64,000 nt of DNA from Gnetum montanum (lineage: Eukaryota > Plantae > Gnetophyta): assembly GCA_015680685.1 (NCBI GenBank), contig MNCI01002209.1, forward strand, positions 126,012-190,011. Reading direction: 5' to 3'. Positions 39,130 to 51,833 of this stretch are shown here, piece by piece. The position numbers and the translations under genes were made by a program. The notes under the pieces were generated by a model. It did not search any database. It saw only the letters and a program-made list of their open reading frames with translations, and was not told where the DNA came from. Within the stretch, counting starts at the first letter, position 1. The number at the start of each line of letters is the position of its first letter.

Positions 39130-40799
39130 TGAGGATCATAAAACATAGAAGGTCTTTTTTTTTGGGGTGGGGGGATGAATAAGTTTCCCAAATCAAAAAT
39201 ACATCAACAAAAAGAATACATCAATTTTATGTGGTTTTCAAACTTGGGTACTCCATACTCATAGGGTAGATCACTTGCACACCTCTAGACTTTTTTTCTC
39301 TGAAAATGTGGTTTGAAGGGTACCACACCTTGTACAAGCTCTAAGCTTCACTTCAAAGTGATTCTCGCTATGAATCCACTCAACCCTACAAGGTTCTAAA
39401 AAGCTTAGAATGTGATTTCTAGGATCCCAAAACCTTTACAAATTAAGCTCTGCTCTATAGTGTTGTAATGCTACATCAACCACTCAACCTAGCTAGGTCC
39501 TGATAAGCTCAATGATGATACCTTCTCACAAGAAGAACATCAACCCTAGTAGGGCAATAAGAAAGACAACAAAAATCATAAGGAAAGAACATAACTAATT
39601 TACAATTCCTTGAATTTGAGGCATAGTACAATAACACTTGATACAATAGCACAAATGACATGAAAATGAAGTACAATACACAACCAAATGATATGACAAA
39701 TTAGGTGCACAAGTATAGTATGCAAAGCTTGCTTTGATAGTGACTATTCATGCACAAAACTTGGACAAAACCCAAGAGAATGAAGTCTTCTTATAGCTTT
39801 GATGTTTTCAAAATTTCCTTGAAATTCATGTAATGGCTATCTAATCGCTAGAGAAGATGTCTTCTTTGAGATTGGGACATCTCTCTACATCAGACATGCA
39901 TTCAAGGAAGATTTCTCTTCTTCATGGGAGATGTCTCTAAGGAGACGTGTTTGCTTGAAATGACATGTGTCCTATTTTTAGAAGATGTTTTTTGTGGGAT
40001 TTCTCTACTTTGGCCAACATGTCTTCTACTTTTGGGAGACATCTTCTAATCTTCTGAACATTACTTTCTAAAGCTTTCTCTCATTGATTTAAACCCTTGG
40101 AGCACCTTTATTTTTTTTGTAGTCTTCTTCTTTGCCCTTGCTCCCACCTTTTTAATGAAATCCTTGTCCAAGCTCTCTTAAGTCCTTCTAGTCCTCACGT
40201 TGACATCTTGATGTAGCTCTTATTCCTTGAGTCTTCATTCATGTTTGGAAAGTCCTTGTTGTCTTCACTTTGATATCTCTTTGTAGATGTCATCTCTTAA
40301 GCTGTCCTTCATGTCCTGCAAAAGCATCATACTCCACAACATTCTATATTCTCCATTTTCCTTAAGGTTTTGACATATGAAAAGGTTAACAATCTCATCC
40401 TTTTTGGTGATGTACAAAAATCAAGACAATGAGTGAGATGATAAACCAATAAATGCCAAAAATAATATTAAGACATATAAATTCCTATGGCAACCATGGA
40501 CTAGGATAAAAGCTCTAAGGTTCAAGGTGGTTCAAAGCATAAGGGAAAATAAAAAGTGTACCACATAAAGATAATAAAAAGGAACACCATTAGTCTATAT
40601 CATAAACCATCCTTAACTTTCCTTACAACTATTCATCCAATGGATGCATCATATACAAAAATCACATTTGTGCAAATCCACAAAAATCACATATGTGAAC
40701 ATCTCCAAAAGTTCTCCCCCTTTTTGGACATCAACAAAAAGGAGATAACACCCAAGCATCCTAACCATTGACCTTGGTTGCATCATTGAACTCAAAATT

Positions 40800-42304
40800 A
40801 GTTATTACTCTAGATGGATGATAAGTCTCCTCCTAATCATTTTCACTATTGGTGATGGAGTTGGTGGAATGTTGCTCATCATCATCTGAAGACTCTATCT
40901 ATTGAACAAGTATCCTATAGGGATGAAGCATCACTTGAAACTAAGATGAAGTTGGTGCATTAGGCTGAGCTAGAGCCTACTAGGAAGATGAGGAAGCTTC
41001 CTTCCTTTGATAAGTAACATTAGCAAGCACCCATTTGGATGTGGTCCCAAAGATACTCTCCATGGATTACTGCTCAAATGATCTAAGAGCATTACCTGGA
41101 GGAGGTGAAACATGATTCTTAGGTTTCATGCGAACATGATGCTCCTCCTAGACATGAGCCAATGATTCATCAGGCTCAAAATCTAACTCCATCCCTGGAT
41201 CATATGCATGAGAAGGCCCAGGTGCTATGGAATGCCTTGTTGATGCAGAGGTGTCCTCCTCACTATCAAAAATATGAGGAGTAGTGACCTCCTCAAACTA
41301 CTACCCATCTGAAGAAAAAGGTATGCTAGAAGCATCCATTCTCTTATGCATGTAAGAGTGATTCCTTCCAAGTATCCCAATAGCGTGAGAAAATGATCAA
41401 AGTAGCTTCTTCAGGGAGGATCTAAGCTATGTGCTAGTAGATTTTGACCTAATCAACTAAGTAGAGGCCCTAGATGATGATTCCACTTTCTTCTTCTTTT
41501 TTGAAGAAGGTGGCCTAGTGCTTATGTTGCATAAGAGTGGCTCCTCTTCTCAACATACTCATTCAGGCACCTTTTACCTTTAAACAAAGGCATCTCTAGA
41601 ATAGGCATACTACTATGATGTATTAACAAATTAATGAGATAGGGGTGCCCAAGGATTCTCTCCTTGGAATACAAACTTAGCATGTCTTAATAGAGATTAT
41701 GCCCAAAATCTAGTAGTTGTCCTGTAAGGAGGTAGTAGAGCACAAAAGCTTGGGATGGTAGCAGATAACTATAGCTTTTCCCTTTTATAATAATATTATA
41801 TAGCATAATAAGGAACAAAGTGGAAGCATCAAAAAACATCTTGTTCATATGAATTCAATCTCTATCAAAAGACACAGACTCTCTAAAAAAGACATCACAA
41901 AATTCATCATGATTTATGGGAATTATACCATTTGTATAGATATCATTCATAGAATCAATGGTAACCCAACAAACATCTACACTAGAAATCCCAAGGAGTT
42001 CATTCACAACTTGGGGAGACAGCTCAATTACAAGACTTTCAACCATTAATGTGAATGCCCCAACAATAGCATTTGAAATAACAATATTGTAGTAAAACTC
42101 TCTAATAAGAATTTTTGGAACTATCAAAGTTTTCTGCCTATGCAAAGAAAATGATAATGAATTCTTAGAGATGATGTTTATAGTTCAAGTTACCTAAAAC
42201 CTGTGTTAGGCATTGGTGCATTTGAATTAGGGCATGTAAGAGTTTGGTGTGCTACTAGAACTTGCTCTTAATCTCTTCTTAGCTAGCACCTTGAACATTA
42301 CCAT
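40800..42304 (-). pseudogene. env-like extra ORF of SIRE E
   Basis: Includes ORF 41855-42145 (PKILIREFYYNI..VIELSPQVVNELLGI); downstream AFVLYYLLTGQLLDFG; S/D-rich tail. Confidence 0.65.
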
Positions 42305-42959
42305 CTTTTTGTTGGCCAAATCTATTGAAAACACTATTGCTAGAGGAGCCCTGGTTGTCTCTGTGGGATAATCTTTGAAGAATAAGACAAAAGAATGAGG
42401 GTTTTGACTTTTATAGTAGTGTTAAACAAGGACTTTTGATGAGAAAGAAGACATCTCTACTAGAAAATAGACATCTTCTCCATGATTCAAAATCAATTTC
42501 GACATATATTTCTGATAGTAGATGTCTCTATCACACTACAGGAGATGATAGGTAGACATCTCATGTTATGAGTAGACATCTTCATGTAGACATCTCTTTC
42601 TTGGAGTAGATGTCCCTTAGAAGACATCTTTAGGTAGATGTATTCTCTAAAAGAGGCTTAAAAGGATGGGTTTTAGGAAAGGCTACCAAGGACTATATTC
42701 TTAGAGAATATACATTATTAATATAAATCTTACTTCTACTTATCTTTATTAATGGAGAGAGTGGAGCTGCTTATAATGATAGAGAGTGAGATTCCTCTCT
42801 TAAGGTTTCTTATTTTGCACAAACTTCCTCTATCTCCAAGGCTTAACTCCCCCTCAAGAATTTGTTGGAGAGAGTCTCCTCATTCTCATATTCCTTCCTT
42901 TTAACTCTCCTTTCTTTCTTAACCCCTTTGGTTTTTTGAGTAGTCTAATTTCTCCTATG

Positions 42960-44626
42960 GTCCTACATAGAGTTCCTTCTTAGTACATTTTGGTAAGAGC
43001 AAGGAGTCTTATGGTATGACCAACTATTTAAATGATAGATTTTTAAGTTCCATTTCCATTGCTTGTACCCAAATTTATGACAATAATAGTATCTAACCCT
43101 CCTATTGTAGTAAGAGTGATTAGAATGATCAAACCTTTGAGGATCCTTTTGATGGATGGGAGCTTCTTCTAATTGGGATGTAGTAGCTTTGTCCCTTAGA
43201 AAATAATTCAATTGAGATGTAGCTGGTGAAGATGATTCATCTTATGTACAACATCCAAGCCCACTCTTATCATGTGGACTTATTCCTTGTCCTAAAACCA
43301 TCCAAAGTAACTATTTTCCCTTTACCAACCTTTTGTTCACAAGTTTGACATTTGCAATTTCTACTTTAGCCTACTCATAAGACAAGGTTAGTTTGTCATT
43401 CTCAGCCCTTAGGTCTAAGATTTTTTTTAGTAAGATTAGAAATTTTTGAATTCAATAAATAAATTTCTTGATCCTTTATTTTAACTTATTTAAATTTTTA
43501 CAAAGATTTTGTAAAGATAATAATACATCACATAACAAATCAAACCTTTCTTTCTCATTGAGTTCATCATTTGAGAAGTCACTATCATCATCTATGAGAG
43601 CCATATACATGAGATGTGAATTTTTTTCATTGTCTTCCACTTATTCTTTAATTTTCTTCCCATCATTCCAAAATGTGTAGAAATTTATCTTTTTCATCTC
43701 TTCATTATCTCTCTCCTTTCTCTATAACGTTTCATTATTAGGCTATTTAGAGTCCACATGGCCTCTTCCATGACAAACCCAACATTCTATAGAAGAAGAA
43801 TCAAAAGTAGAAACTGAATAATTTTTACCTCTCTCTTTACCTTTGAATGGATTTCATGTTTGCTAATTGGAGCTTTTACCCCTCTTTGTTATAAGTCTTT
43901 GTAACTTTCTTGAGAGAAACACTGTCTCTTCTTCACTAGCCTTATTTGGCTCATTAGGCTACTTCTCCTTGGCAGTTGATTCAAGGGCAATGAGCAATTT
44001 CTCTTGAATACCTCCTTCACTCATGAAATTCATTTCATAAGTACTAAGAGCACTTTAAGGTTCTTCAACTTCAAGGACTAAAAAATCTTTAATTTCCTTC
44101 ATAGCAATAACTTTGGGTGTAAATTCTAGTTGCAAAGTTCTAATCATCTTTATTATGACATTGCTCTTTGGAAGATCTTTACCTATTCCTCTAATGGCCA
44201 TAAAAAGTTCATTTTCTCTAGAAAAATAAGCTTTTAGTTTCTCTCCTTCTCTCATTGTAAGCTTGTCATACTCACTTTGCAAGACTAACAATTTAGATTA
44301 GTTAACTATTGAAGTCCCTCATATGTAGCCTCTAATGTTTCCCAAATTTCCTTGGCTGTTTTACATCCAACTACTTCATTAAATTCAAAATACAAACAAT
44401 ATTCAACTTTTGAGTCATGCATGAACTTATCTCTTTCTTCTTGTGTCCATTTGTTCTAGGGCTCGATGGCTCTTTTCATGCTATCAATGGGTGGTATGCA
44501 GCCTTCGAGGTTGGACGCCCATACTCCAAGCTCCATCAATTTGAAGAAGCCTTGCATCCTTATTTTCCAATAGGTGAAGTTGAAACCATCAAACATTGGT
44601 GGCATTGTGTATGAAGTTCCCTCCAT
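42960..44626 (-). pseudogene. gag of SIRE E
   Basis: MEGTSYTMPPMFDGFNFTYWKIRM, KTAKEIWETLE, LQSEYDKLTMREGEK, zinc knuckles ECWVCHGRGHVDSK and YCHKFGYK. Confidence 0.8.
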
Positions 44627-46309
44627 TTTTCACTCTTGTAAAATGTAGAGCACAAAAGTACCATGCTCTGATACCACTTGAGGATTGTATAACTTAGAAG
44701 GGGGGAAGGGGGACATGAATAAGTTTACCAAATTCAAAATTGAACACAAAGCACATGCCAATTTTATGTGGTTCTCCAACTTGGGTACTCCACACTCGGA
44801 GGGTAGATCGCTTGCACACCTTTGAACTTTGTTTCTCTCAAAATGTTATTTGAAGGGTACCACACCCTGTACAAGCTTTAAGCTTCACTCTGGAGTGATT
44901 TGTCACTATGAATTCACTTAACCTTGTAAGGTCCCAACAATCTTAGAATGTGGTTCCCAGGATCCCACAACCTTTACAAATTAAGCACCAGTCCAGAGTG
45001 TTGTGACGTTGCACCAACCACTCAACCCAACTAGGTCCCGAGAACATCAATGATGATGCCTTATCACAAAAAGCACATCAATCCTAGCAAGGAAACAAGA
45101 AAGAGAAACAAGAATCAAAAGAAAACAATGTAACTAATTTATAGATCCTTGACTTTAAGGCACAATACAATAGTACTTAATACAACAACATAGATGATAT
45201 GATAATGAAGTACAATATACAACTAAATGATATGATAAATTAGGTATACAAGTACAGTATGCAATGATTTCTTTAAAAGTGACTATTCATGCACAACACT
45301 TGCATAAAACCAAAGAGAATGAAGTCTTCTTATAGTTTTGAAATTTCCAAAATCACCTCAAAATTCATGCAATGGCTAGACATCTACTTTAAGATTGGAA
45401 CATCTCTCTACATTAGAATTCCATTTAGGTGATACGTCGCTTCTTCATGGGAGACATCTCTATGAAGAAATATTCATGGTAACATCTTCTCCGAAAAGAA
45501 GATGTCTTCTCTGGGATTTCTCTACTTTAGCCAAGACATCTTTTGCTTCTGGGAGATGTCTTCTCATATTTTGAACTTTTCTTTCTGAAGCTTTCTCTCA
45601 TTGATTTGAACCCTTGGAGCATCTTAATTTTTTTGTAGTCTTCTTCTTTGCCCTTGCTCCCACTTTTCTAATGAAATACTTGTCCAAGCTCTCTTAAGTC
45701 TTATTAGTCCTTACTTTAACATTTTAATGTAGCTCTCATTCCTTGAGTCTTCATTCATGTTTAGCAAGTCCTTGTTGTCTCCACTTTGACATCTCTTCAT
45801 AGATGTCATCTCTTGAGCTCTTCTTCATTCCTTGGAAAATCATTACACAAAATTCTATACTCTCGATTTTTCTTAAGGTTTTGACATACAAAAAGGTTAA
45901 AAAGAAGTACCCATGCCATCAAACATCATAGAATTTGCATGTATAGTACATGATCCCAAGTAAGAGGAAGAGAAGCTTCATGCACTTCTTAACATTACCA
46001 ATTCTAGAATCCCAATGATAAAGGAAAGAAGCTAATGGATGAGCTTGCACCACCGGGAACTTAAACACTACATAAAGCTCTTTTATTTTGTTTTGTTTTG
46101 TTTTGTTTTGTTTATTATCAGTTGTGTCCATCATGCTATGCATGATAATTTTGTAAAACACCACATGAACCACAATGCAACATTCAAAGTGAAGTAGTCA
46201 TGTTTATAAATAGTATGTTAAAGTCTAAGTATCCCTCCCAATTTTGTAAGGAAATTTATCCTCCTTTTGCTTTAACTTGAGGACAAGTTTCCAGTCAATT
46301 GTGGGGGTA

Positions 46310-47222
46310 TGATAAAACCTATTGTTGATGAGCCATGATATTGCATCTATGATATCATATCTATGACATTGTAGCTCTACATATGTCATTGTTGATGTGA
46401 TGTAGTGGATCCTATTCACCCTTATAAATACCAACACTTTGTAGTACCAATGAAAAACTTTCATTCCATCCTTAGTAAAACTCTTATAGTTTTTTTCATA
46501 GTTTACACTTAGTGATAGAGTGAATGCTCATAGTGCGGTGTTAAATATTTGAATGGAATCTTTATTCAAGTGGATTGTACTTGGTCATAGTTCATGAATG
46601 GTAATAAAGATCAAGATTGTTTTTCACCATTGTAGCATCCACTTAGTTTCTTTATTTTGCTTAGCTAATTTCTTTCTTTAGTTTAACTTTAATTTCTTTA
46701 ATATGCTTACTTTAGTCTAGTTCTTTATATTTTTCAAGCACTTTAATTTTCCATGTTCATTAGTAAGGCAGAATGTGTATGATTGGTTTCAAACATATAA
46801 GTGTAATCATTTAGTAATCCTAGTAGTATTATTGCTTGATTTGCATAGCAATGTAACACTTGGTAATACATTGAATATTACATGATCCCAAGACATGCAT
46901 GGTAAGTTAGGAACAAGTACTTATTACCATAGGATAGAATAGAATTACATTTTTTTCATCACTTAGACTTAGATTTTATTCTTACATTCACTATGGTTTC
47001 ACTTAAGAGTAACATGAGCCAAAAACATCAAAATATCATATGCCTCGGTTAGAGTTAGACCATACACTTACACTTCACTAACTTGAAGTGGAAAGACAAT
47101 GATCACGAACTGATTACCAACTTTTAGGATACTTACATTGTCCATTCACAGATTATGATTTGGTCATGCGTGTGCACTCGTGACTTGTATGCTAGAGTGT
47201 TGAGATACCCAGTTGCTCATCA
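46310..47222 (+). repeat. 3' LTR of Athila C
   Basis: Preceded by PPT gtggggg; aligns with 10094-10799. Confidence 0.85.
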
Positions 47223-47227
47223 CCAGC

Positions 47228-49870
47228 TTTAGTCATTGATTCAACATCCTAGATCCTTGATGATGGAGTAATTAATCATATGGTTAACTCATTTCATCCT
47301 TTTCTCATGTTACATCCAAAGTAGATACTTGTGTAAAATTGCCTAATCGTACTATTACACATGCTTCCCATATTGGAATTATAAATATATTAGATGCAAT
47401 AGTTTTAAATAATGTTCTCTATGTTCTTTTCTTCAAAGTCAATCTAACATATATTAGCAAACTAGTTTGCCATATGAATTATAAAGTAACATTCTCGTCT
47501 AATTAGTGTATTATATTAGATTAAGCCTTGAGAAAGACGATTGAAGTGGATAAAGAAATGAATGGCCTATACATTCTTCATCCTTCTCCTAAGATTTCAA
47601 ATAACTTCTATAAAGATATTTTTCATTCTATATCTATTTTTTCCTCATTTAATTTATGACATAAAGGATTGGAATATTTATGTAGTACTTGATTGCACTT
47701 ATTAGCCAAAAATACATTTGAAATTTCTATTTATCATCCATCACATATGGTATTTTCTCAATTGTTAAACAAGCTTGATTACCATTTTCTTCAAGTTCTA
47801 TTTAAGCACTATTTCTTTTTAGCTAATTCATTGTGACATATGGGATCCCTACAAAACACCTTTCCTTAGTGATGCATTGTACTTATTAACTATAGTTAAT
47901 GATTTTACAAGATGTACTTAGTTGTTTCTTATATCATACAAAACTAAAACTGTTTTTCTATTGAAATCCTTTTGCACATAAGTTGAAACATAATTTAGTC
48001 ATAAAATCTAACAAATTTAAGTATTAATTGTATTGAATTCAGTATGCATTCCCTTTATCAAGAAAAAGGTTTCATTCATTAATGTAGTTGTGTTACTACC
48101 CTGAAACAAAATGGTGTAGTTGATTAAAAACATTGACACCTTCTAAATGTTACCTAAGGTATAATATTTCAGGATACTCTACCTTTACATTTTGTAGGGA
48201 AATGTAGTCTCACTACTGCCTATCTTGTTAATTCGAACTCGCACACCAATTCTATCTAATCAAATACCTCATGAAGTTATTTTCAATTATAAATCTTATA
48301 ATTGTCTTAGAGTTTTTGAATGTTTATGCTATGCTGGTACGCTTCCTAATAAAAGATCATATTTTGATCCATGAGCTAAAAAATGTGTTTTTCTTAGTCA
48401 TCCTTATGCTCAACAAGGATACATAGAGTGCCAAGGACTTTTCCTCAAGTAATCAAGGATCCAAAATGGCAAAAGGTAATGGAAGTAGAGATTTGTACAT
48501 TAGAGTCCAACAATACTTAGACACTTCTTTCTTTACCTCATCATAAAAGAGCCATTGGATATAAGTGGATGTACAAGATCAAATACAAACTTGATGGAAT
48601 CATTGAGTGCTACAAGTCTTGTCTTGTAGTTAAGGGATACAGTTAGAAAGAAGGTTTGGATTTTCAAGAAACCTTTGTACCTATTGCTAAAATTACTACA
48701 ATTAGATGTCTTTTGGTAGTTGTAGCCATTCTAAATTGGCACCTTTATCAATTATATGTTAATAATGTATTTCTTCATGGAAATATTAAAGAAGAGGTCA
48801 ATATGGCCCTTCCTCTTAGTTTTGGCTCTTGGTTTTGGTATGCAAGGAGAAAAACATGCTTTCCACCTCAAAAAATCTCTATATAGGCTTAAGAAAGCTT
48901 CAAGATAATGGTTTCAAAAACTATCTTCTACTCTCATTAATGCTAGATACACTCAATCAAAGGTTGATCATTCTCTCTTTACATGCATAGTAGACACTTT
49001 CTTTATAGAAATTTTAGTTTATGTAGATGATATTATTATTGCTAGATATAATCTTGTCTCCATTGTAACTCTCAAAAGGTTCCTTCATAGCGAATTCCAA
49101 GTCAATGATTTGAGGCCACTCAAATATTTCCTTGGTATTGAAATTTCTTACTCTACTAAGGATATTCATCTTTCACAAATGATTTTGAAGTTTAATAGAA
49201 ATGATGGACCTCTATTGGAGGATTCATCATTATATCATTGCCTTGTTGAATGTCTCATCTACCTCACTATCACTCATCTTGACATTATATATTTAGTTAA
49301 TACCTTATGTCCATTCTTGGATCAACATCGATAGCCTCGTCTTGATGCAACTCATAGAATTCAAGAAAGCACTAGGTTAAGGAATTTTACTTTCTTCCTC
49401 AAGTGTCTTCAATTACATGCATATTGTGATTCTGATTAGGCTAGCAACACTAATACCTATAGATCTTTTACTAGGTATTATACTTTTCTTGAAACTTCTC
49501 CACTTTCATGGAAATTAAAGAAATAATCCACTATCTCTTGTTTCTTTGTTGAAGTAGAATATCATGCTATGGCAAAAACTTGTTGTGAACTCACTTGGCT
49601 TTTTAATCTATTAAAGGATCTACAAGTATCTTATCCTCAACTAGCAACTTTATTTTTTTGACAATAAGACTGCTCTACATATCATTGCTAATCCAATCTT
49701 CCATAAATAAATCAAACATATTGAGATTGATTTTTATAATGTTCATGAAAAAATCCAGTCTAGAATGGTTCAAATAGCTCATGTGTTTACTACACATCAA
49801 CCTGATGATCTCTTCAGTTTTAATATTTACTTGGCAAGTTGGATGTTCTCAATGTCCATGCTTCAACTTG
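47228..49870 (+). pseudogene. pol of Copia B (PR-INT-RT-RH), heavily decayed
   Basis: *ILDDGVINHM (PR); LIHCDIWDPYK and KQNGVVD (INT); AIGYKWMYKIK, DFQETFVPIAK, LVYVDDIII (RT); AYCDSD*A, EVEYHAMA, IKHIEID (RH). Confidence 0.9.
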
Positions 49871-49887
49871 AAGGAGGGAGGGGAAGG

Positions 49888-50171
49888 CATTAGAATGTTT
49901 TAGGTTTACAATACTAGAATTTTTTAGTTTTCAACATTATTTCTAATGGTGTTGTAATGGAAATAATCTTATTTTGTAAAATTTTTTATGTTCAATGTTC
50001 GCTCTATGTAAAGTTTCCCATCCTTCCTTCTACATTCTTTAGATGGTTTTCATTCAACCTCCACTCAAGAATTGTATAAATATGTGTACTGTACAAACCT
50101 ACAAATGCATATCTATAACAATATTCTTCTACCTAATTATATTTTCTTTCCATTTCTTTCCATTTCAAATA
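49888..50171 (+). repeat. 3' LTR of element B
   Basis: Follows PPT; aligns with 9418-9701. Confidence 0.85.
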
Positions 50172-50176
50172 CTAAG

Positions 50177-50983
50177 TATGAAACCATAAGAATAATCTTC
50201 AATTGTCATGATATACTCCCAATGCCTACAAATTGAAACACATTAAACCAAATTGAATCATTAAGAACTTTATGGAACTTAATGAAAACTCAATTTAGAA
50301 AGTTGATACATGACAAAACCATCATTGTCACTAACTTTGCTAACTTGTCTTTACAAATATACAAAACTCACACAATTGGTAAGAGCCTGAGGATGTTAAG
50401 AAACAACCAAAGGTTTATAGTAAGACACTAAGAAGCATATACAAAGAGGATTATGATCTTTAAAAAAATTTAAGACTTTGTAGGATCCTAAGATTCATCA
50501 TTTCATAATCAAGCATTAAAGAATATGTTCTGCCATAGCCACATACTAGGATACCATTGTAAGATACTATCTTACAAGACACACAAATAATTACAAACAA
50601 CAAATACAAAGAACTAGAATAAAGGCCAATTCATCTAACACTTACACAACAAATACATGTGCTAACAAAAATCACTAAGAAATATAACAAACACAAAAAT
50701 GCTATAATATGGAGACACAAAAAGAAGTTGGAAATTCTCACAAAGTAGGCTAATACACTATGGATGTTGGATGATCAATGCTCTTGCAAAGCCTTCATCT
50801 TACTTTATAGCCAAGAAAATGAAGGAATGAATTAAATGCAATTTCTTGGGGTAGGCACTTCTTTATAATTTGTATCTATGCTACCATGCGAAGTCTCCTA
50901 CTAATGCCAACCTTATCATCTTGGAAAGAAGAATATCCTTAAATTGTTGTGTATTGCATAGTCTTGTGCAAATGTCTACATCA
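50177..50983 (-). repeat. 5' LTR of element A, outer part
   Basis: Aligns with 5016-5867; ends catca followed by TSD aagac. Confidence 0.8.
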
Positions 50984-51833
50984 AAGACTTTACTCTTTTC
51001 TCTATAAAAAGTCATAAATAAAAAAAGGACAAAAACTTAGTTGGATATCAATTTTGGGGAATAGTGCATAATAGGGGATGCAATTGGTATTGACTAGTGC
51101 TGATCTATTTTAACGTCTTCCTCTTGGTTGTCACCATGTCCATACCATCATCTTCAGATCATTCCATCTCCCATCCCATCCACTTTTCTATTTTCTTTCT
51201 TGTTTTCTAAACTTTTTTCTCTTTTCTCACCATCGTAAAATTCCTTGTTTTCTAATGCTTCTCTTTTCCCACCCTCTCCTCTCTACGCCATGTCTACCAG
51301 CTAATGTTAGAGCTTTGCAGACAAAATTGATGGTAATTTGAGAATTAGTGCAATTTATGAACAATGGTGCCATTGGCAAGAAAGTATCAATAACCTTCTA
51401 ATACAATTAATAATGCAATATAATAAAGTTTCATTTGCAAGGTTTGGTGGGAAATTATGGTGGAAAGTATATTTTATAACATAGGAAAGAGATATACTCA
51501 TCTACTTGTAAATAATCTTATATGCTATTTTTTTACACCAAGTAATTCAAAGAGAAAATCAAAGTGATAAAATATTTCATAAAGAATGGAAATTGGCATT
51601 TTTAAATTTTTTAGTTTTTTAAATTTTATTTATTTTATACCTATTTATAACTTTATTCACAGCAGTACAAGTTATGTTAAGTAACCAGCTTCATTTATCA
51701 TAGTTATTTATTATTAAGAATAGTTAACCATTATTTTGTGAATTAATATAAGTTATTCAATTTCTTTAAATTTGATGTGTATTTAGGTAAGTATACGAGT
51801 ACAATTATTAATTTTGTATTTGTAGTTCCTTTT

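Larger units (their letters stand above)
39130..45902 (-). mobile_element. Element E: SIRE/Maximus Ty1/copia, non-autonomous (gag plus env-like ORF, no pol)
   Basis: LTRs 39130-40391 and 44679-45902, TSD ggaag/agaag, PBS gctctgatacca 44665-44676, multiple PPT copies (40392, ~40713), SIRE-type ATTCA-C-run motif near LTR end, repeated agacatct motifs. Confidence 0.85.
10094..47222 (+). mobile_element. Element C: decayed Athila-lineage Ty3/gypsy
   Basis: LTRs TGATAA...TCATCA at 10094-10799 and 46310-47222, degenerate tRNA-Asp PBS tggcaccattattagga (10801-10817), ttgaggacaa...gtggggg PPT before 46310, internal PPT near 36121 and env-like ORF. TSD ttagt/ccagc differs only by three C>T changes. 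Confidence 0.85.
9418..50171 (+). mobile_element. Element B: decayed Ty1/copia (Ale/Retrofit-like)
   Basis: 284-bp LTRs at 9418-9701 and 49888-50171, TSD ctaat/ctaag, PBS tggtatcggagc 9702-9713, PPT gaaggagggaggggaagg before the 3' LTR, zinc knuckle CKNCGWTNHTIKKCYKLHGY near 9830. Confidence 0.85.
3080..50983 (-). mobile_element. Element A: decayed Ty3/gypsy chromovirus (CRM-like) LTR retrotransposon, host of the nest
   Basis: TGATG...CATCA-type termini (taatg 3080; catca 50983), TSD gagac/aagac, Met-type PBS at 9192-9203 (minus), gag at 9169-8220, PPT aagaggag beside the LTR. The two LTRs align after inserts are removed. Confidence 0.8.
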
